DNA from: Geosiphon pyriformis uo1
Lineage: Eukaryota > Fungi > Glomeromycota
Length of the DNA stretch: 64,000 nt
Assembly (NCBI GenBank): GCA_016748015.1
Contig: JAAOMT010000681.1
Span: 125,893-189,892 of the forward strand
Direction of reading: 5' to 3'
Shown: positions 1-12,453 of the stretch, piece by piece
Layout: every line of letters begins with the position of its first letter
Position numbering within the stretch: position 1 is the first letter of the stretch
Notes under the pieces: model-generated
What the model saw: only the letters and a program-made list of their open reading frames with translations
What the model was told of the DNA's origin: nothing
Database searches by the model: none
Made by a program: the position numbers and the translations under genes

Positions 1-701
1 TTTTCTTGAAAATTATTATTATTATTAGAAAAACTTATTTATTTTTGGTTTTTTGCATAAATTTAAATTTTTTTATTTTGATTATTATTTTCTTAATTAA
101 GATTCTTATTTTTATAGTTTTAATAATATGTTTAATTAAGTTTGTTTGTTTAAAAGAATTTTTTTTTTTTAATAACTGGTTTATTATTGACCAGTAAGTT
201 TTTAATGTCTTTTTTTATTTTTTAAAATTTATATAGCTTAACATAATTTTATATAACTGTTATATATTTTAAGTTCTTATTAAATTTTTTTTTGATTTAA
301 TACATAAAAAATAAAATCATTAAATTTGTTTTATTTACAAATTAAATATATAAACTTTTATTTAATAAGTTTAAAATTAATATAAAGTTACATATATTTA
401 TACAAAATAATAATAAAATATATTTTAATACTGATGTAATTTTTTCTAATTTTAAAACTTACAATTATTTTTATTTTACAATAATAAAACAAATTTTTTT
501 CAATATTAAAATATATAAAACAATAATAATGTTAATTTAAAAAATAATTATTAAATAACAATTATATTATATAGGCATATTGCAGGGGTTAAAAACTCTG
601 ATTATCGTTATAATTTAACAATAGATCTGAAACGCCATTGACACGAACCAAACATATATTAGGCCATATCTTCCCAAACCATAACAAACACCCAAAACAC
701 C

Positions 702-2643
702 ATGGCGAGCGTTGAAGATATTAAACTTGAATTAAGAGATGTTAAGACCGAATATAAGAGATGCGTGGAGGAGCTGAAGGGAAAGAGTGAGAAGCTGGGT
801 GAGAAGGGAGATAAGTTAAGTGAATTGAAGAAGTTGAGAGAAGAGAAGTATGAGAACGAAAACCAAAAGAAAGAGCTAGAAAAGCAAAAAGAAAAGCTAG
901 AAGAAGTGAAGGAGGTAAAAACGAATAAAGATAGATGGGAGTTGCAGATGCAAAAACGGCAAGATAACTTTATGGAAACAAATAAGACAGGTAGCAACTT
1001 AATGACTTGAGACATAGAGTAGAGCTTAAGAAAATTTGTAAATTCACTTTTCCATCCATACTACTATTCATTTATTTTGTAATCATATGCGTTTTATGGA
1101 AGGAATATCCATATTTGAGAGAATATTTGGTTATTATACTTATTTCTTTCAATTTTCCATTCTAGAACATCTTGCGAAGCGTGCTAGACTTTACATGCCT
1201 GTTTACATGCCTGACAACACCATATCATTTCTACAACTCCTCTGTCCTCCCTTCGTTGAACCAATCACACTCGGCAATCTTGAACACTGTTTTACCTCAG
1301 CGTTACTTCAAAAATTGCCAGCTATACCCCATCTTTGCCGGGACTATGGAAATTATCTTGTACCTATAAATTCAGATGCTTTCTACAATGTTCCTAGATT
1401 GTGTGCAATCGTCAGTAACATTTTCAGCAAGTTCTATACCGAATGTTCTAGGCAAGAAGGATTAACCAAAGATGGTATCAATAATCATATTTTGGACATG
1501 ATAACATTTTTAAGCCAATATATCGCAACTCCATATCTAAGTTGGAAACGTAATGAAAGAACAGGAAAGAAGGTTCGGCCAGATATCACAGTTTATTGCA
1601 ACAACTTGCTTGTAATGAATGGTGAAGAAAAAGATGTTCGGGACAAATTATTAATCGCAGCACAAAAACTGGATGGTTATTTTCCATTTTGGAATCCACT
1701 TACCTTCGGTAACTTACCATTTGTTCTAGCCCTTGCGGCGGGAGGTACACATTTGCAATTTCACTATTACTACGTGGACGATACAACAGGCTTGACACCA
1801 AGACGTCAGACAATTGGCGAACATCTGAGCCTTGACAGTCCAAACCGAGTATACAATTATCAAGTGCTTCAGTACACAATCAATTTTTTTCGGATTCTTC
1901 GGACTTTGTGTCGAGATCAGTACATCACAGCTCCAATATTGGGGCTATACGAGAATATCATAGAGTCACATTTTAGTATTACAACACTCCCCCACAAGAT
2001 CGTTAAAAAAATAGATAGACCAAGCATTGTTGATCTAGATTTCCATAAAGAATTTTACCAAAATACGCTTCCAGGCTTAGGGCCAATCAGGGTTCTTGAC
2101 TATTACCTTACAAATCACTCAGTGGTAGTACATTTGGCTCCAGTTGGCTTTAAGAGATATCCTGAATGTGAACCCGAGCTGCGAGATGCTATACGGCATG
2201 TACTTGTAACGCTAGAAAAACTTCATAAGATGAACGTCGTCCATCGGGATATTCGCTGGGATAATGTTTTAAAACTCCTGGATGATAGTTGGATGTTAAT
2301 TGATTTGAAGAAGCTGCTCCCTTAGGAGCTTCAAGGTACAGTGATAAAAGAATTTCGACTTACGGTTAGACATGTTTGCTAATTGTTGCTATTTACTTTA
2401 CAAAGAGATTCATTGGTTATTGGAGCTCCAGAATATGAATCGGGGCAAGACTTTTGTAGCGCTGCAGGCGATATTTGGATGGTTGGAAATCTTTTCAACC
2501 ATATTCCACTTTCTTCATCCGCTCAACAGTTTAGGGAAAAATTGATGAACGAAAATCCTAATAGTCGACCGACTGCAGATGATGCTCTAAAAGATGAGTG
2601 GTTTAATTTGCCAGAGGAGCAATTATCTATAATGCAAGTTTAG
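702..2643 (+). pseudogene. Crinkler/RHS-like protein: N-terminal coiled coil + PD-(D/E)xK nuclease-like domain + C-terminal kinase; one frameshift
   Basis: Exons 702-990, 1166-2335, 2406-2643. Introns 991-1165 (GTAGCA..TCTAG, phase 1) and 2336-2405 (GTACAG..CAAAG, phase 2) join the three ORFs in frame. Motifs RPDITVYCNNLLVMNGEEK, VHRDIRWDNVL, GAPEY, DIWMVG and RPTADDALKDEWF. A missing T at ~2304 converts IDFEEAAP to IDLKKLLP*. Confidence 0.8.
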
Positions 2644-3549
2644 ACTTTTAAACATCCCATATTAAATGTACTGATGTTTAATTATGTTATTATTTGCTTA
2701 AATCAATCTTAATTTTCAAATTTGTCATGCTTATCTTTGTTTTTTTATATTTTCGGAATTAAAAAAGTATTTTATTCAAAACAATAGCTTTTTTATTTTA
2801 TTTTTTTAGCTGTTAATGACTGAATTTTTTACTCCAGATTTTTTAAATAACACATTATTTTCAGTATAAATAACATGAAATGCTTATTTTAATTTGTAAT
2901 AGTTTTAAGTTTAAAATATTAATATTAACAATTTTATAAAAAAACAAAATTTGATTATGCATGTAGCCAGTTATCTAAATTAGTTAAAACAACATTACAT
3001 TTTAAATAAAATATTTCTAATATATTATATATATGTTGATTATTAATAAAAAATGTAAAAAAATTTTATATTATTAACTAAACTTAAGTAATTAAAAAAA
3101 TTGCAATTTTATTCTTTAATTTAATATTATTAAACTTGTTATTTTTGGTATAATTGCTATTTTCAAATTTATTTTATGAATTATGTTAACTTTACAAACT
3201 TTTTTTTGTATATAATATTATTCAAATAGAAAAATAACAAAACATCTTGTAATTAAACAACCAAAAACTTGAAAACTATTTTTATTTTTATATTAAATTT
3301 ATTTTATTGTAAATAAAAATTACTATTTTAACTTATAATTATTATTAATAAAATAACATATTTAAAAAATATTATTAATTAATAGCAGATATTTAAAGCA
3401 TAAAAAAAGTTAATAAAACTATTAAAATCTTTTTTTTGTTAATTTTTTGATCGTGATAAAAGCTAAAATATACCAAAAAAATAATTTTTCTTATTTTTTT
3501 TTTTTTTTACAGTTTTACAGTTATTTTTTTAAATACATTTTGTTTATAG

Positions 3550-5815
3550 CTATAGAATCAGTAGACTCTTCTGTTAGTAAATTAGTATCTGGTTTAATTG
3601 ATTTAAGGACTTAGTCTGAAGTTAAAAATAAGCATTTGGAAAATGCTCACTTACATAACATATTATATAAAAAACCAAAGAAGTCTATTATTGTTAACAA
3701 TATAGTTAAGTTGTTTATTGGTCTTTTAAGTTTTGCAGATATAAAAACCAAAAATATTAAACCTATAAAATCTTGAAACAGTAAAATAAACAGTAAAATA
3801 AACAGTGTTAATAAAATCTTAAATCTAAAAAATATGAAGTATAAAGTTGCAAAGAAGACTAGTTATGCAAATTAAATATTTCAAAGATTAATAATATAAT
3901 AAATAATGTTATATTCAAAAGAACATACACTAAAATATATATTTTAGATAGTCAACTAAAAAAAATATTCTTTAATGACTTAAGTAATAATACTAACAAC
4001 ATTCTAACATTTTTGAATTTTAAGTTTTTTAATGACAAACATTTGTTAGCAATTGTGTTATGTGTTTTAAAAAAAAATTTTAAGCCAATTAAATCTTTTA
4101 CACTAGATATTAAGTTATTAATTGTGTCTGACAAAATATCTGGAAATAAATTGTTAAATATGAAAAAAAAATTTTATTACATTAATGGTTTTAAAAAGAG
4201 TGTTTATTTTCTTAAAAATTTCAGAAATTATTAAATTATTTTTTATATTGGAATCAAATTTAAAAAACCTAAAGACATGATAATTTGTAAAAAAATTTTG
4301 GTTAATAATAATGTTAAAAAGATCAGTAGTTATACAGATTAAAAAATAATAGTCAAGAAAATTTCAATTAATTTTCTGAAATCAGCTGTAAAATTAGTTT
4401 TTTCTAAGTTTGGTGCTCTGTTAGTGTTATTAGTAATATTGCTGTATATTTTCTGGCTTTGAATATAAGTGTTGGTATTGGAATTTGCAATCTGGTATTT
4501 TCTATTATGACTAAGTTGCAAGCTGTTGTATTGTTTTTAGAGTGTGTTCTGTTATCATGTTTTTTGGTTTTATATCTCAACAGTCAAGCTGTTATTAATA
4601 CATATGTGTCTGAAATGTTGTTTGCTATGCCAAATTTTCATAATCAATGCTGGATTGAAAGAAAGCATATTTTTAATTTGATTAGGAATAAAGATTTTAT
4701 GATGAGTTGGATTAAGATTAAAGATTATTTTGGGGTTTGTGGTAATGTAAAGTCAGATGCCACTATAAATGTGGCTGTTAGTTTTTTTTTTCTTTGCCAG
4801 TAAGAGTGCAAAAACGTTTTTTGATGGCTGAAAATACTGTTATGTCTGACAATACTTATCATTTTGTTAGGAAAGTTTTTTAAGTTTGTTTGTCATAATT
4901 GTTAAGAGATTGGTCCTGGCTGTAATATAGTTTCTAATATGTTAATCAAGAATATAGATTAAGACATTACTACAAAAGTCTAGTATTTTAACTCACACAT
5001 ATTCACTGGTTTTATTAATTAGAAGTTATCTAGTCTTTATACATACTTGATAAAAGCTGTACACAAACAGTTACTAATAATTATTAGAAAAAAGTTGTTT
5101 GATAAAAAATATCCTGGTGTGCTGTGTTTGTTATATAATAAGGTAAAGTTATCAGATTCTGTTTTCACTTGTGCACAAGATATTAGTATTCAAGAAGAGA
5201 TTTTGGCTAAGGCTTCCATGTATTGAGTTGCTTTAGCAAACACTTGTGGTTTGTCTTTTTCTACTGTTTTATGGGTGCTTTTTTGTTGTTTATTAAATGT
5301 TGAGACTTATGCAATTGTGTACAAAAAGTTTGTGCTGAAAAATTGGTATATGGAAACTATTGAGATTTTTAATAATAAAAAAAAAACCACTTCTGCTGTT
5401 GTTAATTTTGTAAGGTATTTAGTAAAGTTGTATTATTCTAAGATCTGGTTAACAAAGCCTAAGTTTAGAGTTAATATAAAAAAAGCTAGTTTGGTTAGAA
5501 ACAGCAGTGTGATGTTTGGTTTGTAATATAGTTTGGTATTAATGTTATCAGATAGTATGATCAGGATGCTTAGCATTATTGAATCTTTTGCTGTTAGTTT
5601 TGGCTGTCATAAGTCATGTTTTTTTTTCTGGTCTAGATTGCAATATAAGTATTAGTATAGATATATAGTGTTGTTTTGTCTGGTCTAAATGGCTAGTCAT
5701 ATGTAGTAAGTATACGAATTATGTTAATTTAAGCCACTTAGTCTGGTTTTATGTACTAGATAGTAATTAAATTTCATTCAATAAATAATAATAATAAAAA
5801 TAAAATAAAATAAAA
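3550..5815 (+). mobile_element. Degenerate, internally deleted non-LTR retrotransposon (LINE): 5' ORF1 joined to RNase H/zf-RVT 3' end
   Basis: The ORF1-like segment (..PIKSFTLDIKL.., ..FSKFG) jumps at ~4415 into an RNase H-like segment (MTKLQAVVLFLECV..LYLNSQAVI..WIKIKDYFGVCGNVKSD), then KAVHKQL..RKKLFDKKYPGVLCLL. The 3' end (5650-5790) matches 17820-17940 and is followed by an A-rich tail. Many stops. Confidence 0.8.
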
Positions 5816-7132
5816 ATTTTTAATAAACAAGTTAATTTCAAGTTAAGAAATATAATTTAATTAAAAATTTGATATTATAAAAGTTTAATTTTTTTTTAAA
5901 AAATAATATTAGAATTATTATTCTATTTTTTTATAAAATTATTAACTTATTTATTAATCTATTTATTAATTTAGTTATTTAATTTAATTATTAATTATTA
6001 TATAAACAAAAAAATAAAAAATTTCTTTTTTTTTACATTTCAAATCTCTTAAAGAGCATATTTTTGATAAAAAAGTTTTTTGTTTTTTCTTGTTTTTTTT
6101 ATTCAATAACTTTATTATAAATTTAAAAATTGTTTTAAGTAATAGCATATCAAAAAATAAATATTCAAAGAAGCTTTTTATAATTCTGTTGGTAACTTTC
6201 TTGTTTAGAAAAAAAAAGTAGCTTTTGACAACATTAAATATTTTGGTAATAAGAAAGATATATCTTTAGTTAAGTCTGGTTTTAATAATATTTACTCAGA
6301 TTTAAACAATGAGTCTAATAGTAGTAAAGACAATAATATTATGGAAGACATTAATAGTGTGTTTTTTTTAAGTTTAGTTGCAGCTACATTCAAAGCCCAA
6401 AAAATAATTAGTAATATAAATTGTGGCTTCTTCTTAGGTTTTTTCAAATTTAATATGAAAGAGAAAATTGATTTTTTTTTATTTCTTCTTAACATTCTCT
6501 TAAACAAAAAATAGATTAACTTTAAAATAGTAAAGACTTTAGTTGAAGTGGCTATTAAAAAATCTTTCACTTTGGATATTAATTTGTTAACAATAGAAGA
6601 CAAATTAGCAATAACTAAAACACAGACAATTAAAAAGTTATTTTTATTAATCAATAGTTTTGAAAAAGTTATTACTTTCTTAAAATTTGAAAAAATTATC
6701 TGATTAATATTCAAATCAAAAAAAAGTATAAAAAAACTATGTTATTAACTAAAAAAAAAAGAATCAAAGTAAACAGTAATTTTAAAAAACAAAAAATTAG
6801 ATCAAATTAGATTGTAATAATAATAAAAATTTTTATAAATACACCAAAAAAATTATTATTACTACAGTATTTAAGTATGACCAAATTGTATTAATCAAAT
6901 TACAACTTATTAGACTATAACAGAAAACTGTAGTGGAATTTATTGAATTGGCTTAAGCAAATTAATTAACAGCAAAGTAATTATTCTTAATTAAAAAAGA
7001 TTCAGTATATATAGCCAAAGCCATAAGAAATTATAATATTTAGATATTAAAAAATTAATTTAGAGCACTTTTGTTTATTCTGTCTGTAAGAACAACTGTT
7101 TATAATTTAAGCACTTTATTAAAAAGAACTGG

Positions 7133-7769
7133 TATTATAGATAATAGATTTGGAGTTTGAAAACAAATAACAAACCTATAACTTAGTGCTCAATAGCTGA
7201 TACATGTTAGTAATTTTTGAAGGTTTTCATGATTTAAAAGTTTTTATATTTAAAGGTTTTTATTTGAGTTCTTTGTATAATTAACAGAGATTCAATAATT
7301 GTTTTTAATAGTCTTCTGAAATTATAATTTTGTCAAATTTTTTTCTCAATATGGTGGCCAAGTCTTTTACCAGTTTTTTTGATGTCAATAACTCTGTATG
7401 TTAATCTTTAATCAATTAGTAAATAATAAACAAACAAAAAAAAAAAAGAAAAAAAATAAGCCAAAACAAGAAAAAGTTAGTATTCTGTCAATAGCTATAA
7501 TTAAGAGCTATTGGTCTAATATAGTTAAGTATTAGCAATTATCAACATAAATTGTTGATAATAAAAAGATAGATTGCAATATTTTATAAGTATTTTATTG
7601 ATATTTGATATTTTTACTTCAAGTTATAGAATACTATTATATGAAAAAATGAATCTAAAATTGAAACTGGAATTCTAAAACTAAGGAATCTGTCTTTTTT
7701 GCTTCTAATGCTATCACTATATATATATAAATTTCATTGTATTCTTTAGCCAAAAATCCTGAAATTTCT
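7133..7769 (-). repeat. 3' LTR, truncated at its inner end
   Basis: Homologous to 11629-~12380. It lacks the last ~75 bp and an internal block, and abuts the dUTPase remnant directly. Confidence 0.8.
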
Positions 7770-7985
7770 CACATTAATTATTTTTTCTCTAATGTTGATT
7801 TTTTTTTGCTAAACTATTCCTAGATGTTAACTGTACTATTGTAGTTACTGGAATTTTCAGTGCTATTTTTAGATTAATGCAAGTATATGAATGTGGTTTT
7901 AATTTGATAGCATCTTTTCTTGAATATCTTAAATCAAATTTTGTATCAGTATCATGTATACATTCTGGCATAATATCTTTATTGT
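7770..7985 (-). pseudogene. Retroelement-encoded trimeric dUTPase remnant
   Basis: IMPECIHDTDTKFDLRY (motif I, AGFDL), VQLTSRNSLAKK (motif II, RSS) and, after a frameshift, INIREKIINVR (motif III, GGIIDAG). Confidence 0.75.
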
Positions 7986-10900
7986 TATTGCTGAACCATT
8001 TAAGTTTCTGCTCTTCAAAAAGATCAAGAAGCATAATATATTGTTTTGAGTTTAAATTGGAATTTGAATTATCATTGTTGTTATTGCTATTTTGAACAGA
8101 GCTAAAGCTATTATTATTATTATCATTATTAGAGTTTGAATTATGATCAAGTGGTAATTTTGATTTTGTTCTATAGTTGCTAATTAGTTCTTTCTCTTCT
8201 AGAATTGTGTAGATTATGTGGGGTGGTGGATTGTAAATGAGATCAGAATTATTGTAATACTGAAAATTACATAGTATTAAAAAATAGTTACATAGTTAGG
8301 TGTTTAATTGTTCTAAATGTTGCTCTTGTTTTTGTCTGGTTGGTGCTAAATTCTGGTAATGTTTGTGGAATTCTTTTAGACCAGCTTCAATGTCAAGAAA
8401 AATGTTGAGAATAAGAAAAGTTTCTACTGGTTCTGATAAGTTATTCTTAATCTCTAATATTTTACTGAACAATATATCTTTGACTTTGACACTTGCCATT
8501 CTTCAGATTTTGTTTTTATTGTGCAAGTAGCCATTTAAGTATGACAAAGCACAGTTCTATGCAGCATTAAAAGGCATTTTTTTGCTAATCCAATTGTTTA
8601 TAAGGATTGTGTATTAACACAAAGTGTTACATATTTTTTCTCAACCAAGAATGTTGTTCTATATTTTTTCATTGAGTAACTGTTTCTTACAAGCAAGACA
8701 TAGTTTATTGCCTCATTTGTCTTGTTATTTGGTGTAACCATAGCATTTTCTGTGGCATGGCTTACAGTAATAATATGTGGATGTTCAGTAGTCTTTATTA
8801 AGTGTGATCTATGCTTCTATGAAGGACAGTTTTTTTTTGCAGTTCTTGTATTTGAGTGAAATGTATAGAAGTTTTTTTCTTGTATCTACTAAGTATGATC
8901 TTTCTTATTTACTAGTTATTTTTTCTGTAGTGGTGGTTTTTTCAGGTTTGTTTTCTTATTTTCTCTTTTTTTTGTTGTTTCAGTCTAAGAGTGGTAATAG
9001 TTCATTATGTTTTTTTTTGGCTCACAAAATTTGATAGGCTTTCCAGATAAGTTTTTTCTTTTTTTTCAAATTTGATTAGTAGTGATAGTTAAATAGCATT
9101 CATCTTAAAATAGCTGTAAGTGGCAGGTACCCAAATTTGTTAACCATTTTGATTAAGCTGGAGCTCTTGCATAGTCTAATTAAGAATGACATTGGTCTTA
9201 AACAGCTAGTCATTACTAACTAATACTTAGTACTATATGGCTTCTATGATAAAAACCTTTATAAATGCAATAATACTGTTGACTTTAAACAGAAAGTCAT
9301 CAATCTCACCAATAAAAATTTTAGTCATTTTATCAGCTGTGATAATTCTGGTACTGGCAGCACAATCAACTTGGCAATTTAATTGATTCATGAATTATTA
9401 TTTAATAATGCTGTCTGCTGACTCACTATTGAGGATTAGTTTAATAGACTGGTCATCAACTTTGACATTAGTGCATATTATAGTGATAGATTTGGTATTT
9501 AGAACAGCTCTATTGAATAATGATGTTTCTAATGGAGTTTCTATTTTTAAAAAAAATATTGTGGTGAGAGATTCATTTTCTGTAATGATTGCAAGTGAAA
9601 TGTTGTTGGTAAGTGTTTGTTTCTGATTAGTTTTTGGTTTGTTGAATTAGACATCTTTTGGAATAACCAAGAGACTTAAATAGTTCTGAAAATTTGGGTT
9701 TTGGTTATACTTAGTACTCAAATCTCACTAGTGAAATTCTGATAGCTAACTTAATGAACTGAAAATTAGTTGGTGCATTATTATTATTGATCTTTAGTTT
9801 TGCTGTATATGTGTAATTCTTAGTCTTTGGTTTTCAGATGATATTTGAGCTGGGTTTTATGGTAATATTAGAATAGATTGAGATTAATAAATTACTTGTG
9901 ACTGTAGTTAATAAATAACTGGAACTGAGATTTAATAGATTAAAGATGTGTATATTGGTTGTTGTATTATTTGTGTATAATAGAGTTGATATTGATTTTA
10001 ATTTGGAAAATAATTCAGAGTTTGAAACTGGTAATCAGAGTTTTGATATTGATTTTTTGATTATTGGTTGGTTAATCTCAATTGGCAGTCTATTTTTATG
10101 TGTTTTTATTTGCTACAGTAGTAGCAAATATGTGTTTCTTACTACTATTGCTGATTTGATGAAAATAAACATGACTAATTTTGGGATCAATTAGAGCTTA
10201 AAGGTTAGCTAAATGTAATAAGTACATGTGTTGTAGAATACTACTATATAATTCACAAATAAATTAATTTAAAATTTGCACTTCTGTAAAATAATTGGCA
10301 TTAATGGCTTGAATTTGGCATAAATTGTAATAAAAACATCCCAAGTATGTAATAATAGCTTTAATCTCTTCTTGTTTGATGGTGGTAAAGTTATTTGCCA
10401 ATTAATTAATGCTGTTATTATTACTAAAATATCTTAAAAATTTAACCTTGAAATCATTGAAATTTTGGGATTTTTGGGCCAATCTTTAATACTATAAGTT
10501 AGTGATATCTTGTAAAAAATATAAGATCATCTGAAAAGTTCTGGCATTATTCTAATTATTAGCTGTAATTGCTTTGACAACATCATTTAGCCAAGCTTGA
10601 GTATTATTCTCTTTGCCAGTAAACTTTTCTAATTTGGCAATTGATATGTATGCCATTAGTGCAATTTGTGATTGTTGTTGAAGTAATTGATTGTGATTGC
10701 TAAGATGGTAGTTGTAACTGTTATTGTTAGTTAGCAATTAAAGCAACTGGTGAATTTATTACAATTACTGGAGATAAGTTTTGAAAAACAATAAAAGTAG
10801 TGTTTAGATTGTTCTAATTTTGTGGAGTTGAAATGATTAGGATTTGTATTTCTGAATTTTCTGGAATTAGGTTTTGATAATTAAATTCCTGATCTTTGTT

Positions 10901-11610
10901 TTTTTTTTCTTTTAATTTTATTATGTTCCAAGAATTAGTGGTTCTGAAATCTGGTTGAAGTGGCAATGATTAAAATCTTGATAACATTAGTGATCACAAT
11001 TTAAATCTCTCAAAATAATTACCATAGTTTCCTAATAACTTTGCTTTTTTCTGTGTACTTTAGAACAAAATTCTGTTTAATAGTGTTGTTATATTTGCTG
11101 TGAATATGCCTGTTAATGTTATATTGATAGTACTTCTAAGTATGTGATAATATGATGAATTAGCTGGTAAATCAATTTTTTGTTTCTTCTAAGTAGATAA
11201 TTGTATTTGCTTTAGAGTTCTTGCTGGTGTTTGTAGTTTTTTCTTTGCTTTTTTCTGTATATGTGATAGAAAATATTTGTTGGGTATGATTTTCAATTTT
11301 CTTGTTGATTTTAGTGATGATTAGTGTGAAGTTGTAATTTAATGATAAACTAGTGTATTGAATTAATTTGCTGTAGAAATTTCCTCTTGCTGATTCTATA
11401 TTTACTGATTTTTTTAAGAAATATTTAATTTTTTTATTGATGTAAAAGTTGAAGGCTAATTTTGCTAATAATTAATTGTTGGTTAATTCCAAGTATTTAC
11501 AATAGTGTTGAATAAGGATTTGGCAAATTCTAAATAATATGTTCCTCTTATTTCTGATTCTGCTACTTTTGAATAGTTGTTGTTGGTGCTGGTTCTCTGT
11601 AAAATTATAT

Positions 11611-11628
11611 TTCACAAAGAGCACTAAA
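11611..11628 (-). promoter_or_regulatory. Putative decayed primer-binding site
   Basis: Minus-strand TTTAGTGCTCTTTGTGAA directly follows the LTR terminal CA. It is consistent with a TGG-initiated PBS after G>A/C>T decay. Confidence 0.5.
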
Positions 11629-12453
11629 TGTTATAGATAATGAGTTTGGAATCTGAAAACAAATAACAAACCCATAACTTGGTGCTTAATAGCTAATATG
11701 TGCTAGTAATTTCTGAAGGGTTTCATAATTTGAAGGTTTTTGTATCTAAAAGTTTTGGTTTGAGTTTTTTATATAATAGACAGAGATTCAATAATTATTT
11801 TCAGTAGCCTCTTAAAATCGCAATTCTGTCAAATTTTTTTTTTAGCATGATGGCTGGCAATCCTTTTGGTGTTTTATCTGTAGCTTTCTAGAATAACAAT
11901 TTTATCAAATTTTTTTCTTAGTATGGTTGTCAGCAATTTTTCTGGTAAGCTATTCTTAATAATAAGTATTTTATCCTTGTTTTATAGGTCTTTTATCAAT
12001 TCTTTTGATGTCAATAACTTTGTACATTAATTTTTAATCAATTAGTAAATAATAAACAAACAAAAAAAAATAAAAAAAATAAAAAAATAAGCCAAGGTAA
12101 AAAAGAGTTAGTATCTTATCAATAGTCATGATCAAGAGTTATTGGTCTAGTGTAGTTAAGTATTAGTAATTATCAACATGAATTGTTGATAGTGAAAAAA
12201 TAAATTGCAATATTTAATAAGTATTTTATTGATATTTGATATTTTTACTTCAAGTTATAGAATACTATCATATAAAAGAATGGGTTTGGAATTGGAACTG
12301 GAATTCTAAAACTAAGGAATCTGTCTTTTTTGCTTCTAATGCTATCATTATATATACATAAATTTCATTATCTGAAATTCCACTTTTACTATATCTTATT
12401 TTAATTAGCTAATTAATGTACTAATATATAATTCTTATATTTTATAAGTAATA
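11629..12453 (-). repeat. 5' LTR (~825 bp)
   Basis: Aligns with 7133-7769, with mostly transition differences. Ends in CA on the minus strand, immediately before a PBS-like sequence. Confidence 0.85.

Larger units (their letters stand above)
7133..12453 (-). mobile_element. Ty3/Gypsy-like LTR retrotransposon (gag, zinc knuckle, aspartic protease, dUTPase; RT/RH/IN deleted)
   Basis: Direct repeats at 7133-~7769 and 11629-12453. Termini TATTAT/TGTTAT..GTAATA (decayed TGTTAC..GTAACA). Flanks CTGG (7129-7132) and CTGA (12454-12457). Minus-strand capsid-like IAKLEKFTGKENNTQAWLNDVVKAITANN, decayed CCHC at ~10085-10135, protease IKLILNSESADSII at ~9405-9445. Confidence 0.85.

Noticed and set aside
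659-1015. 118-aa minus-strand Phe/Ser-rich ORF
   Set aside because: It is the antisense shadow of the purine-rich coiled-coil exon.
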